DNA of 64,000 bases from Burkholderiales bacterium (GTDB lineage: Bacteria; Pseudomonadota; Gammaproteobacteria; Burkholderiales; Casimicrobiaceae): positions 14,747 through 78,746 of the forward strand of contig JAICXH010000001.1 of NCBI GenBank assembly GCA_025981645.1. The letters run 5' to 3'. A program made the translations under genes and the position numbers. Shown here piece by piece: positions 28,169-36,541 of the stretch. A model generated the notes under the pieces. It saw only the letters and a program-made list of their open reading frames with translations. It had not been told where the DNA came from and made no database searches. Position 1 is the first letter of the stretch; every line of letters begins with the position of its first letter.

Positions 28169-30292
28169 ATGATGATGATCGGCACGCGCCGGACCGTCCG
28201 GCGCACCCCTGGTCGCCTCGCCAGCATGCTGGTGGCGGTGGTGTCGCTGATCTCCTTCAGCGCGCTCGCGCAGACACCTCCCGGCGTCGACACCGCCGAT
28301 CCGCCGACGCGCGTCGGACGGCTCGCGTGGTTCGGCGGTGACGTGAGCTACTCGCCGGCAGGCGACGATCAATGGGTGCAGGCGCAGGTCAACCGGCCGA
28401 TCGTCACCGGCGACCGACTGTGGGCTGACCGCGACGCGAAGCTGGAGCTCTCGCTCGACAACGGGTCGTGGTTCCTCGGCTCGCTCACCAGCATCACCGT
28501 TTCGAATCTCGACGACCGGGTGACGCAGGTTCAGCTTCAGCAGGGAACGCTCGACGTCGATCTGCGGCGTATGGCGCAGGGTGCGATCGTCGAGATCGAT
28601 TCGCCCAACGTCGCGTTCTCGTTGACGCAGCCCGGGCGCTATCGTGTCGATGTCGACGCCGAAGGCAACGCGACGACGGTCATCGTCCGGAACGGCATGG
28701 GTGTCGCCTACGGCAACGACGTCTCCTACGATGTCACCGCCGGGCAAGCATACCGGTTCCGCGGCGCCGACGCGCATGACAATGATTTCTCGGCCGCGCC
28801 GCCTTACGACGAATTCGATCGTTGGGCAGCGGCGCGCGAGCGTCGCTTCGAGAACGCCGCGGCTACGCGCTACGTGTCGCCCGAAGTCGTCGGTTACGCC
28901 GATCTCGACAGCTACGGCAGGTGGTCAACGGTTCCCCAGTACGGGAACGTCTGGTTTCCGACCGCCGTCGCCGTCGGGTGGGCGCCTTACCGCTACGGCC
29001 ACTGGGCGTGGATCTCGCCGTGGGGCTGGACCTGGGTCGACGACGCACCGTGGGGATTCGCTCCGTTCCACTACGGTCGCTGGGTTTACGTCGATCGCGG
29101 CTGGGGCTGGATTCCCGGGCCGGTCAGCGTCGCTCCGTGCTACGCGCCGGCACTGGTGGCCTTCGTCGGTGGCGCGGGCTTCGGAGTCGCGATCTCGTCG
29201 GGGCCGGCGATCGGCTGGTTCCCGCTCGGCCCGAGCGAGATCTACCGGCCGCCGTATTCGGTCACCCGGAATTACTTCCGGCAGGTGAACGTCAGCAACA
29301 CGGTCATCAACAACACGACCAACATCACGAATATCTACAACAACTATGCGCGCCCGGGTCGCTCGAACGAGCCGCGCGTCAACTACGTGAACATGCACGC
29401 GCCGAACGGCGTGACGGCGGTCCCTCCGACAGCGTTTGCGCGTGCGGAACCGGTGAATCGGGCGCTTGTTGCGGTGCCTGCGACCGCGCTCGGCGCGGCG
29501 CAGGTCGTTCGGGGCGCACGCGTCGCTCCGCAGCGGTCGGCCTTCACCGGCTCCGCGCCGGTGACCCGCGCGGCTCCGCCCGCCGCGGTCGAGCGACGCG
29601 GCGTCGTCGCGCGTGTGGCGCCGCCGCCGCCTCCGGTTCCGATCAGCCGCCAGCTTCCGGTGCTCGAAGGCAATGCCGGACAGCCGATCAATCACTCGCA
29701 GGCGAACGCTCTACGCCGCGAGGCACCCGTTGCGGCTCCGCCGGTTCGTATCGTCACGCCGAAGCCCGCGTCGAGCGCCACGCGTGCGCCCGTTCCGGCA
29801 GCGGCGTCACCGAATCGTGCGCCCGCAGCGGAGCGTCGCGCGCCTGCAACACGCCCCGAGACCGCGCGCCCGCCCGAGCCGCGTGCGCAACCACAAGCGA
29901 CCGCGCCGCACGCGCCGCCGACGTCGAGCCGTACCGAGACGCGCGAGCCGAGGCCCGCACCGGCGCCGCGCCCACCTGAAGAGCGCGCGCCGCGGCCGCC
30001 GGTGCAGCACGCACCCAATCCGCAAACCGAGCGCGCGCCGCGCCCGCCGGTCGAGCAGCCGCCAAGGCCGCCCGCAGAGCGTGCCCCGCACCCACCAGTC
30101 GAACAGGCACCAAGGCCGCCGGCGCAGCACGCACCCAATCCGCAGGCAGAGCGCGCGCCGGCGCGTCCGCAAGTCGAGCAGGCGCAGCGGCCGCCGCAGC
30201 AATCCCGCGGCGAAGAGCGCCAGCGCGGCGAACAGAAGCCGCCGGAAAACAGCAAGAAGGGCGACGAAAAGCGCCAGAACGAAGGGCAGTGA
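28169..30292 (+). CDS. FecR-like / DUF6600-type exported protein with Pro-rich repeat tail
   Basis: DPPTRVGRL..F.GDVS, NRPIVTGDRLW, WAPYRYGHWAWISPWGWTWVDDAPWGFAPFHYGRW. SD AGGA. Confidence 0.85.
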   Translation: MMMIGTRRTVRRTPGRLASMLVAVVSLISFSALAQTPPGVDTADPPTRVGRLAWFGGDVSYSPAGDDQWVQAQVNRPIVTGDRLWADRDAKLELSLDNGSWFLGSLTSITVSNLDDRVTQVQLQQGTLDVDLRRMAQGAIVEIDSPNVAFSLTQPGRYRVDVDAEGNATTVIVRNGMGVAYGNDVSYDVTAGQAYRFRGADAHDNDFSAAPPYDEFDRWAAARERRFENAAATRYVSPEVVGYADLDSYGRWSTVPQYGNVWFPTAVAVGWAPYRYGHWAWISPWGWTWVDDAPWGFAPFHYGRWVYVDRGWGWIPGPVSVAPCYAPALVAFVGGAGFGVAISSGPAIGWFPLGPSEIYRPPYSVTRNYFRQVNVSNTVINNTTNITNIYNNYARPGRSNEPRVNYVNMHAPNGVTAVPPTAFARAEPVNRALVAVPATALGAAQVVRGARVAPQRSAFTGSAPVTRAAPPAAVERRGVVARVAPPPPPVPISRQLPVLEGNAGQPINHSQANALRREAPVAAPPVRIVTPKPASSATRAPVPAAASPNRAPAAERRAPATRPETARPPEPRAQPQATAPHAPPTSSRTETREPRPAPAPRPPEERAPRPPVQHAPNPQTERAPRPPVEQPPRPPAERAPHPPVEQAPRPPAQHAPNPQAERAPARPQVEQAQRPPQQSRGEERQRGEQKPPENSKKGDEKRQNEGQ
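29981..30200 (+). repeat. degenerate 24-bp (8-aa) coding repeats (ERAPRPPV / QHAPNPQx)
   Basis: About nine 8-aa units. CAGCACGCACCCAATCCGCA occurs twice, 120 bp apart. Confidence 0.75.
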
Positions 30293-30305
30293 TCGGCCGG
30301 CGCGA

Positions 30306-30337
30306 CGACTGCGCCCCCGACCGCGGGGGCGCGGTCG
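30306..30337 (+). terminator. GC-rich hairpin downstream of the DUF6600-type gene
   Basis: CGACTGCGCCCCCG-ACCG-CGGGGGCGCGGTCG, a 14-bp stem with one G:U. No U-tract. Confidence 0.5.
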
Positions 30338-30449
30338 AGCCGACGGACGGATTCGTCGCCGCGCAAGCCCGGCCGACTCCGACAGGTATAATGACGACGT
30401 CATAATTGGAGGTGGGACCCGGACAACCGGCTAGCCGCCGACGCGCGCA

Positions 30450-31262
30450 ATGAGGTGCCGGATCTGCAGGCAGGCGACGTTGCCGGGAGCGCGGCTGTGC
30501 GGCCCGTGCCGTGCGGCGCTGAAGCGCGCGCGCCACGGCGGTGACACCGACGCCATCGGAGTCGACGACGAAGCTGCCACCGGCGTCGGCGCACCGCGCT
30601 CCGACGCTGCCGCGGTCCGCGCTTCGAGCGGAGTGTCGGCGCAACGGCGTCGCTGGCCGGCGGTCGTGATGCTGGCTTCGGTGCTCGTGGCCGCGGCGTA
30701 TGTCTTGCCGCGCAGTCGCCTGGCTCCGGGCGAGCCTCATGCCGCGGTCGCCAGGGACCCGATGCGCGCGATGCAGCCGAGCGCGGTGATCGGTGCGAGT
30801 GCGTCTGCGCCGCCGCTTCGCGCGCCGCTCGCCGCTATGCAGGCTTCCGCTACGGCCACGCCCGAGCGCTCGCTCGATGCTCCGCAGGTATCCTCTGCGA
30901 CCACGCCCGAGCGCTCGCGCGGCGCCATGCCGCGGCGGGAGAGCGACCCACCGCCGCGCACGCATGTGCCGTTCGCGCGACGGCGCGGCGAAGCGCAGCG
31001 AGCCGATCAGGCCGCGACGGCCCGCGCGCAGGCGCCGAATCCGCCGAGCCTCGCTGCGTCGGCGCCTTCGCCGGCGCCGGTCGCGATCACCGAAGTGACT
31101 CGTACGCGCTGGCAATCGATGGACGATGCGATGACCGCCTGTCGCGGCGGCTTCCTCGAACGCCTGCTGTGCCGGCAGAAGGCGCGGATTGCTTTCTGCG
31201 ACGGCTATTGGGGTCGCGTGCCCGAGTGCGCGACCGCCGCGGCGACGGACGACACGCGCTGA
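30450..31262 (+). CDS. Zn-ribbon / TM / low-complexity linker / C-terminal Cys4 domain protein (paralog B)
   Basis: CRIC...GARLCGPC, one TM, C-terminal W..M...M..C...C.QK.RIAFCDGYWGRV.EC. Confidence 0.78.
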   Translation: MRCRICRQATLPGARLCGPCRAALKRARHGGDTDAIGVDDEAATGVGAPRSDAAAVRASSGVSAQRRRWPAVVMLASVLVAAAYVLPRSRLAPGEPHAAVARDPMRAMQPSAVIGASASAPPLRAPLAAMQASATATPERSLDAPQVSSATTPERSRGAMPRRESDPPPRTHVPFARRRGEAQRADQAATARAQAPNPPSLAASAPSPAPVAITEVTRTRWQSMDDAMTACRGGFLERLLCRQKARIAFCDGYWGRVPECATAAATDDTR

Positions 31263-31292
31263 CCGGAAACGCGCGTAGCGCGCGCCCGCGGC

Positions 31293-31739
31293 TCAGCGGA
31301 GCGACATGCCCGAGGGGACTCCTGATGTCGAGACACCGCCGTCGGTCGCGACCGGAACCGTGATGCGCGGCAGGTCGAGTCCGCCGGCGTTCGTGATGTT
31401 CGCGGCCTCGGCGCCCGCCGGTCGCCCATAGCGCAGCGCCGGACGCATGCCGGCAACGATCTCGGCGACGGTCGCGGGCTTGTGGTCGCCGCCGAGGTTC
31501 GTCGTATCGATTTCGGGGCAGGTGCGCGTGTTCATCGCGATCAGTTGCTCGCCCTTGGCGCGCAGCGCATCGCGCGCCGCGGCGCCGGCGGCGCTGAGGT
31601 CGACGGGCGAGCGCACGCTCTGGTAGACCACCCGATCGTTGCGATCGACCACCGAGTAACAGTTGATCGCCAGCACCGGCGCTGCGCCGGTCAGCAGGAC
31701 GGCCGCAAGCGCAGCTCCCGCAAGCTTGTGCGAATTCAT
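31293..31739 (-). CDS. exported hypothetical protein
   Basis: Signal peptide, CYSVVDRNDRVVYQSVRSPVDLS...TCP. SD GGGAG. Confidence 0.72.
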   Translation of the reverse strand: MNSHKLAGAALAAVLLTGAAPVLAINCYSVVDRNDRVVYQSVRSPVDLSAAGAAARDALRAKGEQLIAMNTRTCPEIDTTNLGGDHKPATVAEIVAGMRPALRYGRPAGAEAANITNAGGLDLPRITVPVATDGGVSTSGVPSGMSLR

Positions 31740-31836
31740 GAGATTCTCCCTTCGGAAACGCCGGTAAGTCGCCGCGCTGGAATGATTAATACTAGTCCGC
31801 TCTCGCGCGGCTCGCAACGGCGCTCCGATGCGCGGA

Positions 31837-32358
31837 TCACTCGCCCGATGCGCCGTTCGGCACGGCGACGCGTTGCCAGCCTTGCGGGCAGGCCGGCACG
31901 CTAGGGTAATAGCCGGCATTCGGGCAGTAGTAGCGCACCGTCGTTCCAAGCGGAGTCGACGGCGCGACGTACGGCTGATCGCCGTACGCTGGAGCGCTGT
32001 ACGCCGGATAGGTGTAGGCCGGATAGGTGTAGGCCGGCGCGGCATACGGATAGGCGATCGTATAGCCAGGCCACCATGCTCCGTAATACCCGGGCCAGCC
32101 GAGCCAGACGCTGCCCGACCATCCGCCGCCGCCCCAGTAGCCGCGTCCATAGTACCCATGGCCGTAAGAACCGTGGCCGTAATACCCGTGGCCCGACGAG
32201 TAGCCGTGACCGTAACCGCCGTGTCCACGGCCGCCCCAGCTGCCATGGCCGCCTCCGCCCCAGCCACCGTCCGCTGCCGGTGCCGACAGCGGAAGCGCGC
32301 ACGCGAGCGCTGCCACGGCCACCACCGTCGCCTTCCTGCGCAGCCCGACTGTCCTCAT
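31837..32358 (-). CDS. exported Gly/Tyr/His-rich low-complexity protein with C-terminal Cys pair
   Basis: Signal peptide, GHGYYG repeats, PAYTY repeats, YYCPNAGYYPSVPACPQGW. SD GGAGG. Confidence 0.78.
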   Translation of the reverse strand: MRTVGLRRKATVVAVAALACALPLSAPAADGGWGGGGHGSWGGRGHGGYGHGYSSGHGYYGHGSYGHGYYGRGYWGGGGWSGSVWLGWPGYYGAWWPGYTIAYPYAAPAYTYPAYTYPAYSAPAYGDQPYVAPSTPLGTTVRYYCPNAGYYPSVPACPQGWQRVAVPNGASGE

Positions 32359-32427
32359 CGATTGTTCCTCCGTCGCGACCATGCAATGTTAGATCACGCG
32401 GGCGGTCGTCGGTTCATGCCTCGCGGT

Positions 32428-33342
32428 TCATGCCTCGCGCGGATCGAGCGCGTCACGCAGGCCGTCGCCGACAAGGTTGAACGACAGCACGAGCAGAAAG
32501 ATCGACAGCCCCGGCCACAGCGCCATCCACGGCGCGTTGTCGAGGTAGTCCTTCGCCGTATTGAGCATGCTGCCCCAGCTCGGCTGCGGCGGCTGCTGGC
32601 CGAGACCGAGGAACGACAGGCTCGCTTCGGCGATCACCGCGGCGGCGATCGCGAGGGTCGCCTGCACGAGTAGTGGCGGAACGATGTTCGGCAGCACGTG
32701 CCGAAGCGCGATCCGCCATGGGGCGTTGCCGATCGCGCGGGCGGCGAGCACGAAATCTTCGGCCTTGACCGCCAATGTCGTACCGCGCGCGAGGCGAACG
32801 AACGCGGGTGTGGCCGAGATGCCGATCGCGATCATTGCGTTGGTGAGGCTGGGACCGAGGAAGGCCGACAGGGCGATTGCCAGGATCAGAAACGGACAGG
32901 CGAGGAGCGCGTCGGTCAATCGCGACAGCAGCATGTCGATCGCTCCTCCGGCGTAACCTGCGAGGAGTCCCGCGGGGACGCCGATCGCGAGCGAGATCAG
33001 CACCGACACGACTCCGGCGAGGAGCGATGCACGTGCGCCGAACACGACGCGCGAGGCGATGTCGCGCCCGATCTCGTCGGTGCCGAACCAGTGGGCGGCC
33101 GACGGCGGCTTGCGCACCTCGGAGAAGCTCGCTGCGAGCGGGTCTTGCGGCGCGATCCACGGCGCGAACACGGCGGTGACGACAAATCCGGCGATGACGA
33201 CGAGCGCGACCACAGCCGCCGGGCGGCGCAGTAGCCTCTTCAACCAATGCGTGCGCCCCGTCAGCGCGACCGGGGCCGGCACGCCGGCAAGGCCAGGCAC
33301 TCCGGTCTCGGCGACGAGCCGATCGGCGGCCGCGCCGGTCAT
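32428..33342 (-). CDS. peptide ABC transporter permease (DppC-like)
   Basis: HWFGTDEIGRD, HVLPN, EASLSFLGLG, GDGLRDALDP. Confidence 0.93.
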   Translation of the reverse strand: MTGAAADRLVAETGVPGLAGVPAPVALTGRTHWLKRLLRRPAAVVALVVIAGFVVTAVFAPWIAPQDPLAASFSEVRKPPSAAHWFGTDEIGRDIASRVVFGARASLLAGVVSVLISLAIGVPAGLLAGYAGGAIDMLLSRLTDALLACPFLILAIALSAFLGPSLTNAMIAIGISATPAFVRLARGTTLAVKAEDFVLAARAIGNAPWRIALRHVLPNIVPPLLVQATLAIAAAVIAEASLSFLGLGQQPPQPSWGSMLNTAKDYLDNAPWMALWPGLSIFLLVLSFNLVGDGLRDALDPREA

Positions 33343-34283
33343 CGGAGGCGGATCCGCGGATTGACGAATGCGTAGGCGACGTCGGCGGCGAAGTTGAGCA
33401 CGATGTAGGCCGTCGCGGTGACGAGTACGACGCCTTGCACGACCGCGTAGTCGCGGTTGAACACGGCATCGACGATGAGCTTGCCGAAACCCGGAATGGT
33501 GAACACCTGCTCGGTCAGCACGGCGCCGGAGAGAAGCGTGCCGAACTCGAGCGCGCCCAGCGTGATGATCGGGATCAGCGCGTTCCTGAGCGCGTGCTGC
33601 AGGATCACTGCGCGCTCCGACACGCCCTTCGCCCTTGCGGTGCGCACGTACTCCTGCGACAGCACCTGCAGCATCGCGCTGCGTGTGTGGCGCATCAGCA
33701 CCGCGGCGATCGCGTTGCCGAGGACGAAGGCAGGCATGATCATCGCCGCGAGGTTTTCGCGCAGGTTCTCGAACGGGCTCACGTAACCCGATGCGGGGAG
33801 CCATCCTAGCGTCACCGAGAAGAGCAGGATCAGCATGATGCCGAGCCAGAAATTCGGCGTCGACAGTCCCCACAGCGCGAACACGCTGGCCCCGTAGTCC
33901 CACGCCGAGCCGCGCTTCACCGCGGCCACGACGCCCGCCGGGATGCCAATCGCGAGGGCGATGATGATCGCGAGGCAGGCGAGCTCGAGCGTCACCGGAA
34001 GCTTCTCGGCGATCAGCGTCGTGACGGGCTGCTGCGAGCGCTGCGACTCGCCGAGGTCGCCGTGCAGCACCCCGCGCATCCAGTAGAGGTAGCGTATCGG
34101 CAGCGGCTTGTCGAGGTGCATTGTCGCGCGGAGGTGCGCGATCACCGCGGGGTCCTGCTCCTCGCCCGCGAGCACCTTCGCCGGATCGCCGGGAAGCAAT
34201 TGCTGCAGGCCGAAGATCAGCATCGACACGAACACCAGCGTCGGCACGATCGTCGCGATGCGTCGTGCGACGAAGGTCAGCAT
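33339..34283 (-). CDS. peptide ABC transporter permease (DppB-like)
   Basis: LPGDPA, GDLGES, YVRTARAKG, HALRNALIP, NPRIR. Confidence 0.93.
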   Translation of the reverse strand: MLTFVARRIATIVPTLVFVSMLIFGLQQLLPGDPAKVLAGEEQDPAVIAHLRATMHLDKPLPIRYLYWMRGVLHGDLGESQRSQQPVTTLIAEKLPVTLELACLAIIIALAIGIPAGVVAAVKRGSAWDYGASVFALWGLSTPNFWLGIMLILLFSVTLGWLPASGYVSPFENLRENLAAMIMPAFVLGNAIAAVLMRHTRSAMLQVLSQEYVRTARAKGVSERAVILQHALRNALIPIITLGALEFGTLLSGAVLTEQVFTIPGFGKLIVDAVFNRDYAVVQGVVLVTATAYIVLNFAADVAYAFVNPRIRLR

Positions 34284-34305
34284 GTCGGCGCTCTCGCGCC
34301 AGCCG

Positions 34306-35817
34306 TCACTCGAAGTGCAGGCCCTGCACGCGGATAAGTCCGTCGGGGATGCTGCGCAACCCGGTGAGCCTGCTCGTGTAGGCGTACAGCCAGTGGCGAT
34401 GGTAGAGATAGATGATCGGCCGGTCCTTCAGCACGATCGCGGCGACTTCGGAGTAGAGCTGTGCGCGCGTCGGCACGTCGGGCGCCGTCCGCGCGCGCTT
34501 CAGGAGATCGTCGACCTCGGCATTGCAGTAGCCGGCGTAGTTGAGCGGCTGCTTGCAGGCATCGAAGCTGAAGATGTTTCCGTCCGGGTCGGCGCGTCCG
34601 CTCCAGGCGAGCACGTAGGCGTCGAACTGGCCCTTGTCGGCCAGATTGAGCGAGGTCGCGAACTCGGTCGACTGGATCTTCACGTCGAAGCCGGCTTCCT
34701 TTGCCATCGCCTGCACGACCTGCGCGATGCGCTGCGCGTCGGCCGTTGTCGCCGTCATCAGCGTGAACGACGGGTGCGGCACGCCGGCCTCGGCAAGCAG
34801 GGCCTTTGCGCGCGCGAGGTTTCGCGCCGGCATCGGCACGTTCTTCGCGTAGAACGGGCTCGACTGCGCGACCCACTGGTTGCCCGGATCGGCCTCACCG
34901 TCCATCGCGACCTGCACGATGCCCTGGCGGTCGAGGGAAAGCTCGAAGGCTTCGCGCACGCGCGGATCGCGTCCGAGCGGGTTCTGCTTCGCAAGATCGC
35001 TCTTGCCGACGTTGATCGTGATCCCTTGGTAGCCGATCTCGGTGATCTTCGATGTCCTGAGCTTCGGGTCGCGCGCGATCTGCGGCATGTCGGAAGGCGC
35101 GACTCGCTCGATCAGGTCGAGTTGCCCCGAGCGCAGGTTGGCAAGCCGCACCGACGCATCGGGGATCGGCGTGTAGACGATGCGGTCGAAGTGGATCGCC
35201 GCCTTGTCCCAGTAGTCGGGAAAGCGCTCGAGGACGATGCGGTCCTGCGGCACGCGCTCGACGAAGCGAAACGGCCCCGCGCAGACGGGATGATTGCCGA
35301 ACTTGTCGCCTTCCTGCTGCGCGGCGTTCGGCGCGACGATCATCCCGGCGCGATCGGCGAGTTGCGCGAGCAGCGGCGAGAACGGTGCGGAGAGGTCGAG
35401 GCGCACGGTCAGCGGATTGACCACTTCGACCTTCGACACCGGGGCGAGCTCGCCGCGCCGATTCGAGCCCGGCATCGTCTTGTGACGCTCGATGCTGTAC
35501 TTGACCGCGGCGGCATCCATCGTTTCGCCGTCGTGGAACTTCACGCCTGGGCGCAGCGTGATCGTCAGCGCCTTGCCGTCGGCGGACCACTGATACCCGG
35601 TCGCGAGCTGCGGCACGATGGCGAGCTTCGCGTCGATGTCGAACAGCTTGTCGCACATCGCCGCGAACACGACGCGTCCGACGAACGTGCGCGCGAGCGT
35701 CGGATCGAGCACGTCGGGGTCCTCGGCGAGGCCGATGTGCAGCGTTTGGGCGATGGAGAGGGCGGGTACGAGTGCGACCCAGGCGGCGACGAGCGCGGCC
35801 CGCAGCGGGCGTGACAT
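34306..35817 (-). CDS. peptide ABC transporter substrate-binding protein (DppA-like)
   Basis: Signal peptide, LRPGVKFHDG, PVCAGPF. SD GGAGG before MSRPL. Confidence 0.92.
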   Translation of the reverse strand: MSRPLRAALVAAWVALVPALSIAQTLHIGLAEDPDVLDPTLARTFVGRVVFAAMCDKLFDIDAKLAIVPQLATGYQWSADGKALTITLRPGVKFHDGETMDAAAVKYSIERHKTMPGSNRRGELAPVSKVEVVNPLTVRLDLSAPFSPLLAQLADRAGMIVAPNAAQQEGDKFGNHPVCAGPFRFVERVPQDRIVLERFPDYWDKAAIHFDRIVYTPIPDASVRLANLRSGQLDLIERVAPSDMPQIARDPKLRTSKITEIGYQGITINVGKSDLAKQNPLGRDPRVREAFELSLDRQGIVQVAMDGEADPGNQWVAQSSPFYAKNVPMPARNLARAKALLAEAGVPHPSFTLMTATTADAQRIAQVVQAMAKEAGFDVKIQSTEFATSLNLADKGQFDAYVLAWSGRADPDGNIFSFDACKQPLNYAGYCNAEVDDLLKRARTAPDVPTRAQLYSEVAAIVLKDRPIIYLYHRHWLYAYTSRLTGLRSIPDGLIRVQGLHFE

Positions 35818-35905
35818 GGCAGATCCTCCTGCAGTGGCGGCCGCTTGCCGGGGCCATTCCGGCGCGTGGCTCGGTTGCCGGCGAGCATAGCACCCGAAGC
35901 CCGCC

Positions 35906-36541
35906 TCAGTCGCTGCGGCGCCAAACGGTCGCGAGCCACCGCTGCTCGGCACGGGGCAGACCCGCGGGCCGGTAGTACTCGTCGACCAGCGAGAATCCTG
36001 CGCCGTTGACGATCGTTCGCCACGTTTCGGGAGTGGCGTAGAAGCCGTAGCGCCCGCCGTTCCAGCCTTCCTCGTCGTGCCCATGCGGATTCGAGGCGAA
36101 CAGAACGCCGCGCGGCTTCAGGCTCGCGCGCAACTCGCCGAGCACGCGCGGCAGTTCCGCGCGCGGAACGTGGAACAGCGACGCATTGGCGAAGATGCCG
36201 TCGAAACGCCCAGCCGGCAGGTCGAGTGCAAGAAAATCCTGCTGGTACACCTCGCAGCCACTGTATGCACGTGCCATCGCCGCGAAGCTTGCGCTGCCGT
36301 CGAGACCAATCGCGACGTGGCCGCGCGCCGCAAGCGTGCGGAGGTCGCGCCCCGGTCCGCAGCCGAGATCGAGCACGGTGAACGGCGGCTCGCCGTCGAT
36401 CGCGCGCAGCAGCGCATCGAGGTTCTGGCGCACGTCGTGGTTGCGCGTGCCCTCCCAGAATTGCGGCGCGCGCGATTCGTAATAGGCGAGCGTGCCTTCG
36501 GAGATCGGCGCGAGATCGCGCCGGTCGTCGGCATCAGCCAC
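35906..36541 (-). CDS. class I SAM-dependent methyltransferase
   Basis: VLDLGCGPGRD, FDGIFANASLFHVP. Confidence 0.9.
   Translation of the reverse strand: MADADDRRDLAPISEGTLAYYESRAPQFWEGTRNHDVRQNLDALLRAIDGEPPFTVLDLGCGPGRDLRTLAARGHVAIGLDGSASFAAMARAYSGCEVYQQDFLALDLPAGRFDGIFANASLFHVPRAELPRVLGELRASLKPRGVLFASNPHGHDEEGWNGGRYGFYATPETWRTIVNGAGFSLVDEYYRPAGLPRAEQRWLATVWRRSD

Noticed and set aside
30850-30920. 45-bp-spaced direct repeat (CCACGCCCGAGCGCTCGC) in paralog B
   Set aside because: An ordinary in-frame duplication in a low-complexity linker.
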